64,000 nt of DNA from positions 34,348,001 through 34,412,000 of the forward strand of contig OX597826.1 of assembly GCA_951406725.2 (NCBI GenBank), in the 5' to 3' direction. This DNA is from Octopus vulgaris (taxonomy: Eukaryota). Below, one piece after another: positions 38,917 to 51,219 of the stretch. Numbering within the stretch: the stretch's first letter is position 1; each line of letters starts with the position of its first letter. The position numbers were made by a program, and so were the translations under genes. Under the pieces are notes generated by a model. The model was given only the letters and a program-made list of their open reading frames with translations. It did no database searches and was not told where the DNA came from.

Positions 38917-41900
38917 CATATATATGCATACATATATATATATATATCGTTATACAATATAAATGAGAGCATACAGGTTCCCTCAGATATATATACACAC
39001 AAATATATATTTATGGCGGGTTTAGTGTATTATCCAAGATAATACAGTTAGTATTAATTAAATAATGGCCACTTAAAATATCTACCTCAATAAACTGTGA
39101 TAATATCACCAGCTGTTCTGTGAATGGCGTAATATATCAATTACTTCACACCTAACTACCTGAGATATTCTGAGGTTTTCCAATAAACATTCAGTTCATT
39201 TATGTCTATCGTGAGAACACAGAAGTTGTGATGTATGCTCGATAGATTAATGACTTCATAGTTGAGTTTGAAACTTACTAAGCAAGTCAATATAACTACA
39301 TTTGCTCTATACGTCAGGGTAATGCAATGCTCTACATCCATTTGATAACTGAGTTTCGTAAGGCAGTGGTTGATAGACAATCTTTATATATAACACACTT
39401 AAGAATTCATAGACAAATATTGAAATTTCTAAACAAATTTCACATTTCGAAACTTGTTAAATGAAAATGCCTTTATTCATTAGACGGTTTCGGTATAAAA
39501 TTCCTTAGCGAAGTTCAAGATGTACGTAGCGCTTTGTATCAATATAAAAATTGAGATAATATTTTTAAACATTTGAATAATTTGTATAGCATTATAAGGC
39601 GAATGTTAAAATGCTAAAATATCTCGTTATTGAAACATATCTAAAATTAATAATATTTTAAATTAATATTTTAAAGCAAATTGATCAAGTGGGCAAAGAC
39701 ATATTGTATATAACCAATTAATAGCGCGTCGTACGAGAAACTGCAGATTTATAAATAATAATAACCTTACCACATTGCATCATGTCTTTCAAGGAGAACA
39801 AAAATAAATATGTATATTGTCGAAGATTTTATAGACCATCACTATCTCTCGCACTAAAATTAAATATGAATAAAAAGAAAACGGGCAACATCCGCATGTT
39901 TAGAAGAAAAGTTACCTTCGTCCAGATTCTAAACAAAGAGCCTATCTAGAATGTGTATTTAAAAGTTTTAACTGAATAAAAATTACATTGCACGTAAGTT
40001 AATCTGAATTTTACCTTAAGAATTCCTCATATATACCCCACCGCCTCAAATATATTTCTTAACTCATTTAAAATATACACATGTTTAACATTGTATATCT
40101 CACTTGCTAATTATGCTCTAGCTACGATCTCGTATGATAGACTTGTATGAAATTATAAAATACGCATAGACAATGTTTTAAGCAGATTTCGTAATATCTG
40201 TTCACTGAATACTATATTCACCACAATCACAATAATTGTAGTTTAAATGTATGCGTGATGTTTCTGAATAAATATTCCGCTGCATTTGTCTGTTAATTTC
40301 TCTTTAAAGAAATATGTCACTTATTTTCCTTCAGAATCTCAGTCGCCCATTATTGTTACAGAAACTTCAGAGAGGTAAAAATAAATCATGGAGAAAAAAT
40401 TGAAATAAGAAAAGTTACGACCGGTAACATCTCTTTGAAAAGAAGAAGGCTGGGAGTAAAAAATAAAAATTTTCAAATTTTATTTTATAAAATCTTGATC
40501 CTATATGGTAAGGCAAATTGTCTTCCCATTTGAATACTAAACTGTTACATTCAATAGGATATTTTAAACAGAGGAAAAGTTTTCAGTGCAACGTAACTTT
40601 CCATGTTTAATCCGTATATATTTCAAAAGGAAAGATAATTAGATAAGAAAACGTTACGAGTTGGAGTGTGCATTGTGGAATCCAAACTGTTTAAGTTACC
40701 ATGTCGATAGTCTTAAAATGGAATTTCATAACGACAGATACTTTCCTGCAGTGATACTCAGAAAAGGAAGTGATTCTATTTACCATCACAAACAATCAGC
40801 AAAATATATTATAAAGAATAAAATGCGCGTTCTCAATACACAGTATCTATCTCTGCTAAAGCCGATCCTTGACATTGCGTTAAAAAAACACACATTGGTT
40901 TTGTGTGGATATCGAGAAACAGATGCAATAAAAATATCTATAAATTGAGAATGATGGATGAGCTAAAAACAAAAGCAACCAATATATTTTGATATATTGG
41001 TTTTCATCCAGGTATTGTTTGTAGGCAGTGAAAATCCCAATGTCTGTTCTTAATTTCAGCATTTCCAAAGGGATGAAATATATTAAGCAAGCTTTGTCAA
41101 GATACAAACTGAAACACTGAAAAATGTAAGGACATTCATACATCAACGGGGAAACAATCGTTTATTCAGCTATAGCAAAAGTTTCCGCAACACATCACTG
41201 AAATATTCTATGATGTCATAAAATTGTCTTCTTTAAATGTAGGATAGTTCAGGATTTTGTGTTTATTTATGTGAGAATGAATATGTGCTTGTGTGTGAGT
41301 GGGTGGGTGTATGAGCGTACGTTTACATGCACGGGTGTCGTAATGATACAATCTGCAATAGATATAAGGATTAAGGACGTTTTCTATATAACAGGTTTAA
41401 ATACATCATAAAAATTGTGTCAGATGTGTCTATATTTGAAGAAAGTGCCCAATATATAATATACACACACATATATATGTACACACGTACATACATATAC
41501 ACAGGCATACATACATATGTACACGAAACATATTTATATATGTATGAATATATACAAACAGCAATAAAGATTCAAGTTAATTTAAATGAATTTACTTGAA
41601 TATAGTACCTAACTTAGATGCACCAAAAAAAACTATACTGTTTTAACAATACAGTAATGTGGGGTGATTATAAGCGAGAAAGAAGCAACAAGAATGGATA
41701 GGTTTTTAGTACAATCGTTTCATACAAGGACAGGCTTTATTAAAAGTTGCAAAAATTACAGCATATAAACGTGTCCCGTACTCATCAGCTAAAATACATG
41801 TGAGTTCTCTAGACATCCTAGTGGTTGAATATATATATCCACGTGTATGAATATATATATATACATATATATGTAGATATATATATCTGTATATGTATGT

Positions 41901-42546
41901 GTTTATATATGTGTGTGTATATATATATACACACATATCTGCATAATCATGTACATGTATACATATGCATCATAAAGTGTATACACCTGTGTATATGAAT
42001 GGGTCTATATAATCAACAATTTTGTGTAGTTTGCGCATGCTGGTGTCAGTAAGAATGTGTTAGTCTAACAAACATCTTTTCTCAATCTTTCGGCATATTT
42101 CTGAAACTTTGTTATTGATATTATTCAACAAACATTATTATCAGTATTTTCAATCTAAAGCTTATCGCTTGCAAATATGAAAACCAGTGAAGAAAATACG
42201 GTGCGTGCGCACAGATACATACCGACGAACACGTATACGTGTATCTACTATTTCTAATCATTGTAAACAAAAGGGGAAGAAAAAAAATCAGTATATATTT
42301 TTTAAATTGATTGAAAACAATGCACTTTCCAAAGCACGCAGCGCACCCCTCCTCCTCACACACACAAACACTCACACACAAACTCACATGTGTATATGTG
42401 GGTATCGCCTCTCGAAGAATTGAATTGATTATATATATATATATATATACATATATATTTACGTATTTATGGACATATATATTTTTATATAAATAGACTG
42501 ATAGATATAGACAGGTAGATAGATAAATAGTTAGATTGACATACAT

Positions 42547-42601
<55 letters not shown>

Positions 42602-43289
42602 CACAGAGAGAGAGAAAGAGAGAGCGAGAGCGAGAGAGAGATGCGTACAAATATATCAGAATACCTATCCATCTGTACTTATCAGCTCACAATTTATTTT
42701 GCATTTTGATAAGAGATTATAATTTAATTATGCCACCAGAGGGCTAACAAATAATCTGCTAACATACCGTTCATTTTCCTAGAAGCCTATCTTTGAACAT
42801 ATCAACTTATTTTCCTAAAAAAACAATAAAAATATTTAGGATTAGAAAATAGTTGCAAATCAAACTTAGAATACGATATAAATAAAAAGAATGTGAACAA
42901 TTGAACAGAAGTTGTGACTGATATTTTTAAAATCGATCTTTATCAAATTTTCCCGTACTAATTTGCTAACAATTTTTCACTTTGATCAATTTTATTGTAG
43001 ATTACGTTTTAGTAAGCTTCTTTTCATTCTCTTTCTGGATTTATTAAATTGTTGAGAATAATTTGATCATAACATGTCACCATTATATGCAATCCCATAG
43101 AAAGTCAATGTTATTGCTTGTAAAATCTATTACTTATCTTGTTGTATCTAGGGAAGATCATTTTGCCAATGAACACGCACCGGATATATTTCCCTCCTCT
43201 GTTTTTTTCCTCATTTCAATTAGGTTACGTACCGTCAATCAATCAATCAAGTTAGACATGATTATTGATTTCAAATTAAGGAATAATAC

Positions 43290-43432
43290 CATCGATTCAG
43301 GGTAAGGAGTAAGTCAATAACATCGACCCTAACGCTCAACTGGTACTAGATTTATCAACCCAAAAAGGACGAAAGGGAAAGATGCTAAATATTTTGTCCG
43401 GCGTGCTAACGATTCTACCAGCTTGCCGCCTT
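43290..43432 (-). mobile_element. internally deleted Deu/Nin-like SINE
   Basis: catcgaccctaacgctcaactggtact..aaaaggacgaaagg..ccggcgtgctaacgattctaccagcttgccgcctt. Confidence 0.75.
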
Positions 43433-44547
43433 ATTCAGCTATGTACATATTCACCCAAACAATTGAAAAAGAACCAGCTTATATATTTACTATTGGCCTA
43501 ATGACCATATTGAAATACAACAGAATATGTTTCAACACACGAGTTCACATCAAGACTCTTGCAAACAGAAGACAAAGACGAACTATTATTCTTATCAACC
43601 AATCCAGCTATTGTTCCATATATTAATTTGCTTCTATTTGCTTATCAATCCTTTCGCGACATTATATAAGATCAATATAGACTATTATGTCATAACGTAA
43701 TTCACTACCAATAAGCTTATTATAGATGTAATTAATATTACGCCATAGATGTAGGATTACTCTGCGACTCAGTATTCGATTCAAGATAATTCTTAAAACC
43801 TAAGTCATTGTAGAGCTTCGAAAAATTTTGTTGTGGCATTTGCAAGAGAATTTTACATAAATTTAGAATCTATCTTTGCGCATGTGTCTACCCCACTTTC
43901 TCTATGTGTATGTGTGTATTTGTCTATGACTTCTGTGTATCGGCCTTTGATACGTTTGTGTGTACATTTGCATATTTTGAGAATATATAAATATATATAT
44001 ATACCAAAAATATCTAAATAGGCATTAATATAAAAGATTTCAGATAACATGTTCGATGGAAAGTATTTTTATTATCTAGTGTGGCCATAATGTTGCCCAT
44101 TGTATATCATGAAGTAACTAGATTTTCTATGGCTCATGTATTTCCTCTGCGTAATGTCTCTAAACAAAACGAGATACTTGTGATGAGTCATTAAATTCTC
44201 ATTGTAACTATTAACAAGCATCACCTATGAGATTGAAAGAAAGTAGGATTTGCCCTCCGACCTCGAAAAGTCCTTAATAGCAATGACTACAGGAAGACGC
44301 TTAGAAGTTGGAGGGTTGGGCAAAGGTGTCTTCCAACAGTAGTGGAGAATCCCCAACAAATGTTGAATGTAGCAACACACTGTTAAATCACCTGACCCCA
44401 CATTCCTGCTACTAAACTCAGATCCATGGATCACCTCGAAAGCGTTACCTCATGCGAGGGTTAAATTTACTGCATTAATGATATTTTAGAGGTTAAAATG
44501 CTATTCAAAATTTATTTTGTCATATTCTAAGAACATTTCATTTGATA

Positions 44548-44935
44548 TCTTTATATATAAAAGAAAGGTTGTGTGTCTGTCTACTCCGATTTAGATTCCT
44601 AACTACTCCCACATTTTGCGGTGCAGTTTAACCAAAACCGGGTATCTTATAGTCGTGATTCATATCAAGCCCTTCTGGGTATTAGCGCGCGTCTACGATG
44701 AGTCTACGATTTAAAAAAAATAATTTATCATAATTTTTTTTCCATTTTAATGCATATTTTTTTTAATATAAGGGAAGTAACTCTCTAAAAATGTCTACGA
44801 TGAGTCAATGATTTAAAAAAATTACCATAATTTTGTTTCCATTTTTAATTTTGCTAGTTTTTGGCTATAACTCTCTAATAATACTTTATAGTTATTTCCC
44901 TTACAAACCCGAGCAACGCCGGGCGATACTGCTAG
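44548..44935 (+). mobile_element. non-autonomous Helitron
   Basis: A|TC 5' end (tctttatatataaaa), 3' hairpin cccgagcaacgccggg, CTAG|T end, no TSD. Confidence 0.9.
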
Positions 44936-44950
44936 TATAATATAAATATA

Positions 44951-45095
44951 CATTTTACATTATTTACATTTGACGGATATTTGTCCTCATCTTGTTTGTT
45001 GTTGACACAACATTTCGGCTGATATACCCTCCAGCCTTCATCAGGTGGGGAAATTTCAAACCTCGGTTCTCATTCCTAAGGTATTTTTCGATGCT

Positions 45096-45157
<62 letters not shown>

Positions 45158-45251
45158 CATTATTATTATTATTATTATTATTCAGGTTACTGCCTGGAAT
45201 TGAACTCGGAATCTTGGGGTTAGTAGTAGCCCGCGCTCTTAACCACTACGC
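44951..45251 (-). mobile_element. tRNA-headed element with (TAA)n body and hammerhead tail (candidate PLE-mobilised SINE)
   Basis: Minus strand: gcgtagtggttaagagcgcgggc..gagttcaattcc (A/B boxes, 45251-45181), (TAA)n, then cac-CTGATGA-a-ggctg-gagggtatat-cagcc-GAAAT-GTT-gtg (45047-45004). Confidence 0.75.
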
Positions 45252-45320
<69 letters not shown>

Positions 45321-45507
45321 CAATAATAATATCGAAAAACACCTTAGGAATGAGAACCCAGGTTCGAAATTTTCGCAAGACATCTGATGAAGGCTGGAGG
45401 GTATATCAGCCAAAACGTTGCTGAAACAAGATGAGGACAAATATCCGTCAAATATAAATAATGTGAATAATGTACATAATTCCTCATCTCTCAAATATAG
45501 AACTATA
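45252..45507 (+). mobile_element. inverted headless partner copy of the same element
   Basis: (AAT)n-atcgaaaaacaccttaggaatgagaacc..gacat-CTGATGA-aggctggagggtatatcagcc-AAAAC-GTT (G12 mutated)..aaacaagatgaggacaaatatccgtcaaat. Confidence 0.8.
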
Positions 45508-46393
45508 TATACATTTTGTACATATTTTACTTTGTGAACAGTATAAAGTGTCCCTTAGAGGTTTCAGAGCTGGTGTGGATTTGTGTTCAGGAGATTCAAT
45601 CCGAGATGCCTAAAAGGTTTGTATCCCAACAAAAAATGCAGGAACACCCTTCTCACTGGATCTCCCCACAGTTTTTGTCTGCTCAATTTCATTCACACAC
45701 CTTTTGCTCGGCATCGGTTTACGATAGAAAGCGTTGTCCGAAAGTATCACGGTATAAGACAGAGCCAAATGCCACATCTAATTAAACAAATTTCTTAACG
45801 ACACAGCCTAATTAAACAAATTTCATAACGACACAGCTAAACGTATACCCAGTGTATGCAAAATATTCTCATTAGAGAAGTGAATAATAATGAGTAATGC
45901 AAAGAATACTAACCGTTTATTTAAAAAAAAGAAATATTCAGATTACCTTGCGGAAAGAAAACCAACAATAGGCAGTTACTCAAACTCCTACACAGAGGAA
46001 GCGATCTTTGAGTTGCCATGACTCTGTGTTTCCTCTAATTTCGAGTTACACCACTTTTAAGTGGCTTCAATGATTCGTCTACATTGTACAGTTAAATGTG
46101 GCTGAGTATCTACTGACGGATATAATTTCTGATGCCAAACACTTTAGAGCGAGTACTCTATGTATTGCTTTCTAGGAAAAACATTAAGGAGGCTGTCATG
46201 TCTTAGGCTAGACTAGCGCATAGAAGAAGTGTTTATACACACACAGACGCACACATATATTTATATGTATACATATATGTTTGTATATATGTATATATAA
46301 CAAATATTTATACATGTGTATTTGTGTACGCGTTTGTATGCATGTTGAATATATACATCTGCAAATATATAATTATGTATATGCATACTCCTT

Positions 46394-46433
<40 letters not shown>

Positions 46434-46495
46434 TCATATGAATTAAAGAGTATGTAAGTGTGTGTAAAAATTCAGCCTCAGTATGTATGTATGTA

Positions 46496-46544
<49 letters not shown>

Positions 46545-48309
46545 GTATGTATATATGTATATATATGCATACATATATTCATTTATTTATTGATATGCAT
46601 ATATATATATATTTGTTTTTATATGTGCGTATGTGTGTAGACACACACGCACATATATGTATGTATCATGTATGTACATTAACAAATCTATTAAATTTCT
46701 AAAGAGAAAGAATACATTATATTGAATTTCTAGACTGTTTTGTCAAAACACAATGCTGGAGATTTTATATAAAATTCTTGAAAATTCTTCAAATTTCTTA
46801 TAACTTAAAACAAATAAATCTTTTGCTCTTCATATAAATTACATTAAACCATTATAATATCGAACAAGTTTAATTTTGATTTCAGTATTTCAATAATAAA
46901 AGCGAAAATGAAATAAATGGAAAATATCTTGGAAGATTCACTTTAGGTAGAATAATTCTTGTTAATAATACTGATATTATAAAGTTGTAATAAAATATTT
47001 TGTGATTGAACAGAAACAATCAGAAATAGAACAAGAACACAGATTCAACAACAGTAAAAACATTTCGTCATTAGCAAGATTATTTAAAGAATCCTGACAA
47101 ATTCTTACTCTTCCTTAATATCTAGATTAGTTGAGTGCTAAACGTTTTACTGCCTCCTCGAAAGTAAATCATATCCGTTAGAAAAATGTGCAGATCATTC
47201 CAGTATGCAGTATCATCTGTGCCATAGATTTTTCTAATCTTTTAATCTGATACAACTATTATAATCATTATTTTTGTTTGAAAATTCAGGAAATAGATAT
47301 ATCAGAAGCAAATATTTTCGTTGTTGTTGTTATTGTCGTAGTCGTCGTTGTTGTGTTTTTCTTTTTCTTAGGCATTATCAGGCTAATCAAGTTTCAAATC
47401 TTTCTCTTATTAAAAATGTAGGAGGATATTTGCCTATATTCCAAAACTCGTATCAGAAATCAATAAAACATATTTCTAATATTTGTTTCCGTTTTAGTTC
47501 GTTTTGTTGGTTGTTGCTTCTTCTTCAACCTCGTTCAACTAATCAATTAGCAGTATAAATACTTCTTATATCTAAAGAGTACATCTACATCCCAATCAAT
47601 ATTATTAGCCAAATATGCTGATGCTTCATTACATTAAATAGAGCAAGCAGTATGTTTTATTAGTGCACACCTGCTAATGATTCTATTACTTTCTCAGAAA
47701 ATGCGATTTCATTTTACAGATTTAGTTTGATACAGAGACGGAATCAAAGCCAAGTTGTTAAAACATTTCAAACTGGTTCAATCAAATCTTTCACTTGATG
47801 TCTGATATGAAAGTTGATATCTAATTAGTAATATAAGGTGTCGACCTGCTGACCATAATCTGTTATAAGTAAAGTAGGTTCATCTTAAATACAGACACAG
47901 TTTATACAGTAAATTTGTATTAAAGAATGCACTGGCAGTTGTTATATCTGTTGTTATGCTTTTTTTATAGGTTTTGTATCTCAACTTATATCGTTCCCCA
48001 CCTTTCATCTATTGAAGAGCGTGACACATATTTTAAACTAGTTCATATTGCTAATACCGAAAATATATAGTGAATTCTTTAAAAAATATATTTATTTTCG
48101 CATAAACAAACCGATTCTTGCAGAATAGGGAATGACGCTAACAACTTAATAGTACAGGTATTAGTTCCATTGACAGAGGATAAAGAAATGTGTAAAACTC
48201 AGCTTGGTATTAACAAATTGTATGATTAAACAAGAAACTAAAAACTGCTCAGTGAATATTAGTTCAAGTGGTTTCGTACAAGCTAACGTTTCTACTATTG
48301 CTGCAACAC

Positions 48310-48333
48310 CTCCTCCTCCTCCTCCTGCTACTG

Positions 48334-48431
<98 letters not shown>

Positions 48432-48455
48432 ACTACTACTACTACTACTACTACT
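48310..48455. repeat. (CCT)n/(CTA)n/(CTG)n microsatellite
   Basis: Visible directly. Confidence 0.92.
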
Positions 48456-48550
48456 TCTTTCTCTCCTTCTTCCTCTTCTTTTCTTCTTCACCTTTTCATA
48501 TATAATATATGCATGTGTGTGTATATGTGTGTCTGTCTGTCTGCCTATAT

Positions 48551-48804
48551 GTCTGTGCACACCTTTCAATGCAATGTTTGTCAGAAGGTTTGCAAATCTA
48601 ACGGAGGCCTCAAAAGACAATTTAAGAGCCACAAATATTCAGAACTCTATTTGCAACTCTTGGTGGTCCAGATCGGATATGCAATCTATGAAGGTATCTT
48701 TTCAAAACATTGTCTGGCTTAAAAAGCCACATCAGATGCCATAATGGTTCTAAGGTGTAGGTACAGGAGGTGGTCAAACTCTGCATAAGGAGTAGACAAC
48801 CACC
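48551..48804 (+). mobile_element. RTE-clade LINE 3' end with two decayed C2H2 fingers and a terminal hairpin
   Basis: FQCNVCQKVCKSNGGLKRQFKSH and ICNL*..FKTLSGLKSHIRCH; 3' stem-loop ggtggt..actc..gagt..accacc followed by a (TA) tail. Confidence 0.7.
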
Positions 48805-48842
48805 ATATATATATGCGTTTGTGTGTGTGATGGGGTGTATCC

Positions 48843-49005
48843 TTTTCTTTTCTACTCTAGGCACAAGGCCCGAAAGTGTTTTTTTTTGCAACTAGTAATT
48901 AATTTATTGACCCCGAAAGGATGATAGATAAAGTCAACCACGGCAGAATTTGAACTCAGAATGTAAAGACAGACGACATATCGCTAACCATTTCGCCTAG
49001 CGTAC
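48843..49005 (-). mobile_element. Deu/Nin-like SINE, partially deleted
   Basis: cttttctactctaggcacaaggcccgaaa..gaccccgaaaggatga..aaagtcaaccacggcagaatttgaactcagaa. Confidence 0.8.
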
Positions 49006-49269
49006 TACGTTTATATTTATGTATTATTCAACAAATGAGAGATAGAGGGACTTTTGATAAGCCATGAACACTATTATAAAAGTATTCAGTGTAGGTTTAC
49101 AGAAGTATCTAGGAAAGAATAATAGAAAGATAGTAATGTACAACATAGTACTCTTTTCTGTCTTCAAACAAAGCAACTATTCCTCCCCGCCGCAAAAAAT
49201 CAGACATTTTGCGAGGAAAATGAACGCACAAGAACAGAAACTGCGGATGACGAATATGGGGAAAAAGAA

Positions 49270-49680
49270 TGACACGATAAAATCCATATGAAGAAATGAC
49301 TTCGATGTGGAGAAGTTTTGAAAACTTGAATAGTGTGAAATTGAAGGAAGAAAAGTCGGTGACGTGGCCAAGAGGTGTATTTCTCGAAGCTGAGACAAAA
49401 GGATTCGCGTTTGCGTCACTGGAACAATGCCCTTCCATCGAGAACTACCAATTCAATGAAGCAGAATACGTTAAGCAACTTCAGGATAGATAGAAGTTAG
49501 AAAAATAGTAAACATAATTTTTATGGCTGTCCAGTTTTAGCCAAGAAAAAATACATTTAGGGGTATGACGTAGTTGGAACTGGCTTAAACAGGAAATTAT
49601 GCATGTGTAAGAAATGCCATCAAAATAGAAGTGGTATATACAAATGCTCCACAAAAATCTCAGAGAATGACACGGCAGCT
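49270..49680 (+). mobile_element. highly degenerate R4/Dong fragment
   Basis: SVTWPRGVFLEAETKGFAFASLEQCPSIENY and GCPVLAKKKY resemble S..WL..G.L.AETEGF..A.Q.Q.L.T.NY and GC..LA..EY. Confidence 0.7.
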
Positions 49681-49722
49681 AAATGCTGTGAAAGAGTATG
49701 GAAATACATGTAGGCAAAGGGA

Positions 49723-49925
49723 TATTGGGTTGTCCGGAAAGTTTGTGACGATTTCTAAAGGAAAGAAAAAAGGACAATAAATACTTACATTTTTAATCAA
49801 CCAAATATGAACCATTTTGTTGCACAATGCGTCTCCATCTTTCCTTTAACTTAAAAATACCCTCTTACCAGAATTGAGGTGGTTTCATGGCAAATAATTC
49901 ATCAAGGTATCTTTTTACATCGTCC
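49723..49925 (-). mobile_element. mariner 3' end with TIR
   Basis: TA plus TIR ttgggttgtccggaaagtt; minus-strand translation DDVKRYLDELFAMKPPQFW*EGIFKLKERWRRIVQQNGSYLVD. Confidence 0.85.
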
Positions 49926-49959
49926 GGCACGCTATCGATTCTGCCAGCTTGCCGCCTTG

Positions 49960-51125
49960 TGATCCAATCGAAGCTAAATGGTTGCTATAAGATTAGAACA
50001 ATTAACACGTTGGATGTTGCTTTGATGAGATATGGGGCAAGAATAGTGTCTCGGCCAAAGCATGAATTACAAGAGATAGACCGGAAAACATTTAAATTAA
50101 TGACAATGAACAAAGGACTACACCCCCAAGAGTGATGTGTCAAGATTGTATGTAAAGAGGAAAGTAGGAGGACGGGGGTTAGTGTGTTGTGAAGGTTGTG
50201 TAAGGGAAGAGGAGAATAGCCTGGCTTGGTATGTCATGAGGAGTAAATAAGAAATGATTGGAGCAGTGAAAGTGCAGGGAACTTTAAAAGTGAGCAAAGC
50301 TGTAGATCCGACACAATTTAAGAAAGACGAGATGAAGAAAATTTGGCAGGATATGAAAATACACAGTCATTTCTTGAAGAATAAACATGAGATTAATTGG
50401 AATAGAACATGGCAGTGGCTGCAGAAAGGAAACTTAAAAGGGCCTACTGAGGCATTAGTGTACAACGCTCAAAAACAAGTTCTCAGAACAAACTCCAAAT
50501 ATCACATTGATAAAAGCACTGACTCACCACAGTGTAGGATGTGCTCTGAGAAGGGAGAAAGTATAAGCCATATTGTTAGTGTATGCTATAATCTCGCAAA
50601 ACGCGAATACAAAAGGGGACACGACAATGTGACCAGATGTGTCCACTGGCTGTTGTAGCAAACCTCGCGAGAGGTTAACATGCAGTGCGACCAAGTCATA
50701 GAGGGGAGGCGACCAGATATCGTGCTCATCCATAAAGATGAAAAAGAAGTAAAGATAATAGATGTTGCAATACCAGGCGATTCGAGGGTGAAATTTAAGG
50801 AAACAGAAAAGATTGAGAAATACCAGTCACTGCATGACGAGTGAGGTAAGTTATGGGGCATGAGGAAAGTAATGGTGATACCCGTAGTAACTGGAGCATT
50901 TGAAGCAGTTTCCAAGGGCCTTGAAAAACATATTAAGAATATTGGAGCCGCTGTCAGGTTCGAGGTCATCCAGAAGACGACATCGTTGGGTATAACTAGC
51001 ATTCTAAGGAGAGTATTGTCTCTTTGAGTAACAGGAGAAGGCACTACTTTCAACCTTTGCCGATTTGTTATTGCCTCGTTTCATGTAAAGGATACCCGGT
51101 AATTAAGAACTACTCAAGAGTCTTT
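49960..51125 (+). mobile_element. degenerate R4/Dong LINE 3' portion (family D)
   Basis: RLYVKRKVGGRGL, WQWLQKGNLKGPTE, CRMCSEKGESISHIVSVC, RPDIV..IIDVAIPGD, PVVTGA; ends in (GAT)/(AAT)n. Confidence 0.9.
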
Positions 51126-51141
51126 CATGATGATGATGATG

Positions 51142-51193
<52 letters not shown>

Positions 51194-51219
51194 TAATAAT
51201 AATAATGATATTATTATTC

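Noticed and set aside
38666-38998. YIYI/CVCV/HTHT-rich ORFs throughout the window
   Set aside because: Dinucleotide repeats lacking stop codons
48204-48744. C2H2 zinc-finger motif as a host ZNF gene
   Set aside because: No TGEKP linkers, the fingers are decayed, and they are followed by a LINE-type terminal hairpin and tail; fits an RTE 3' end better
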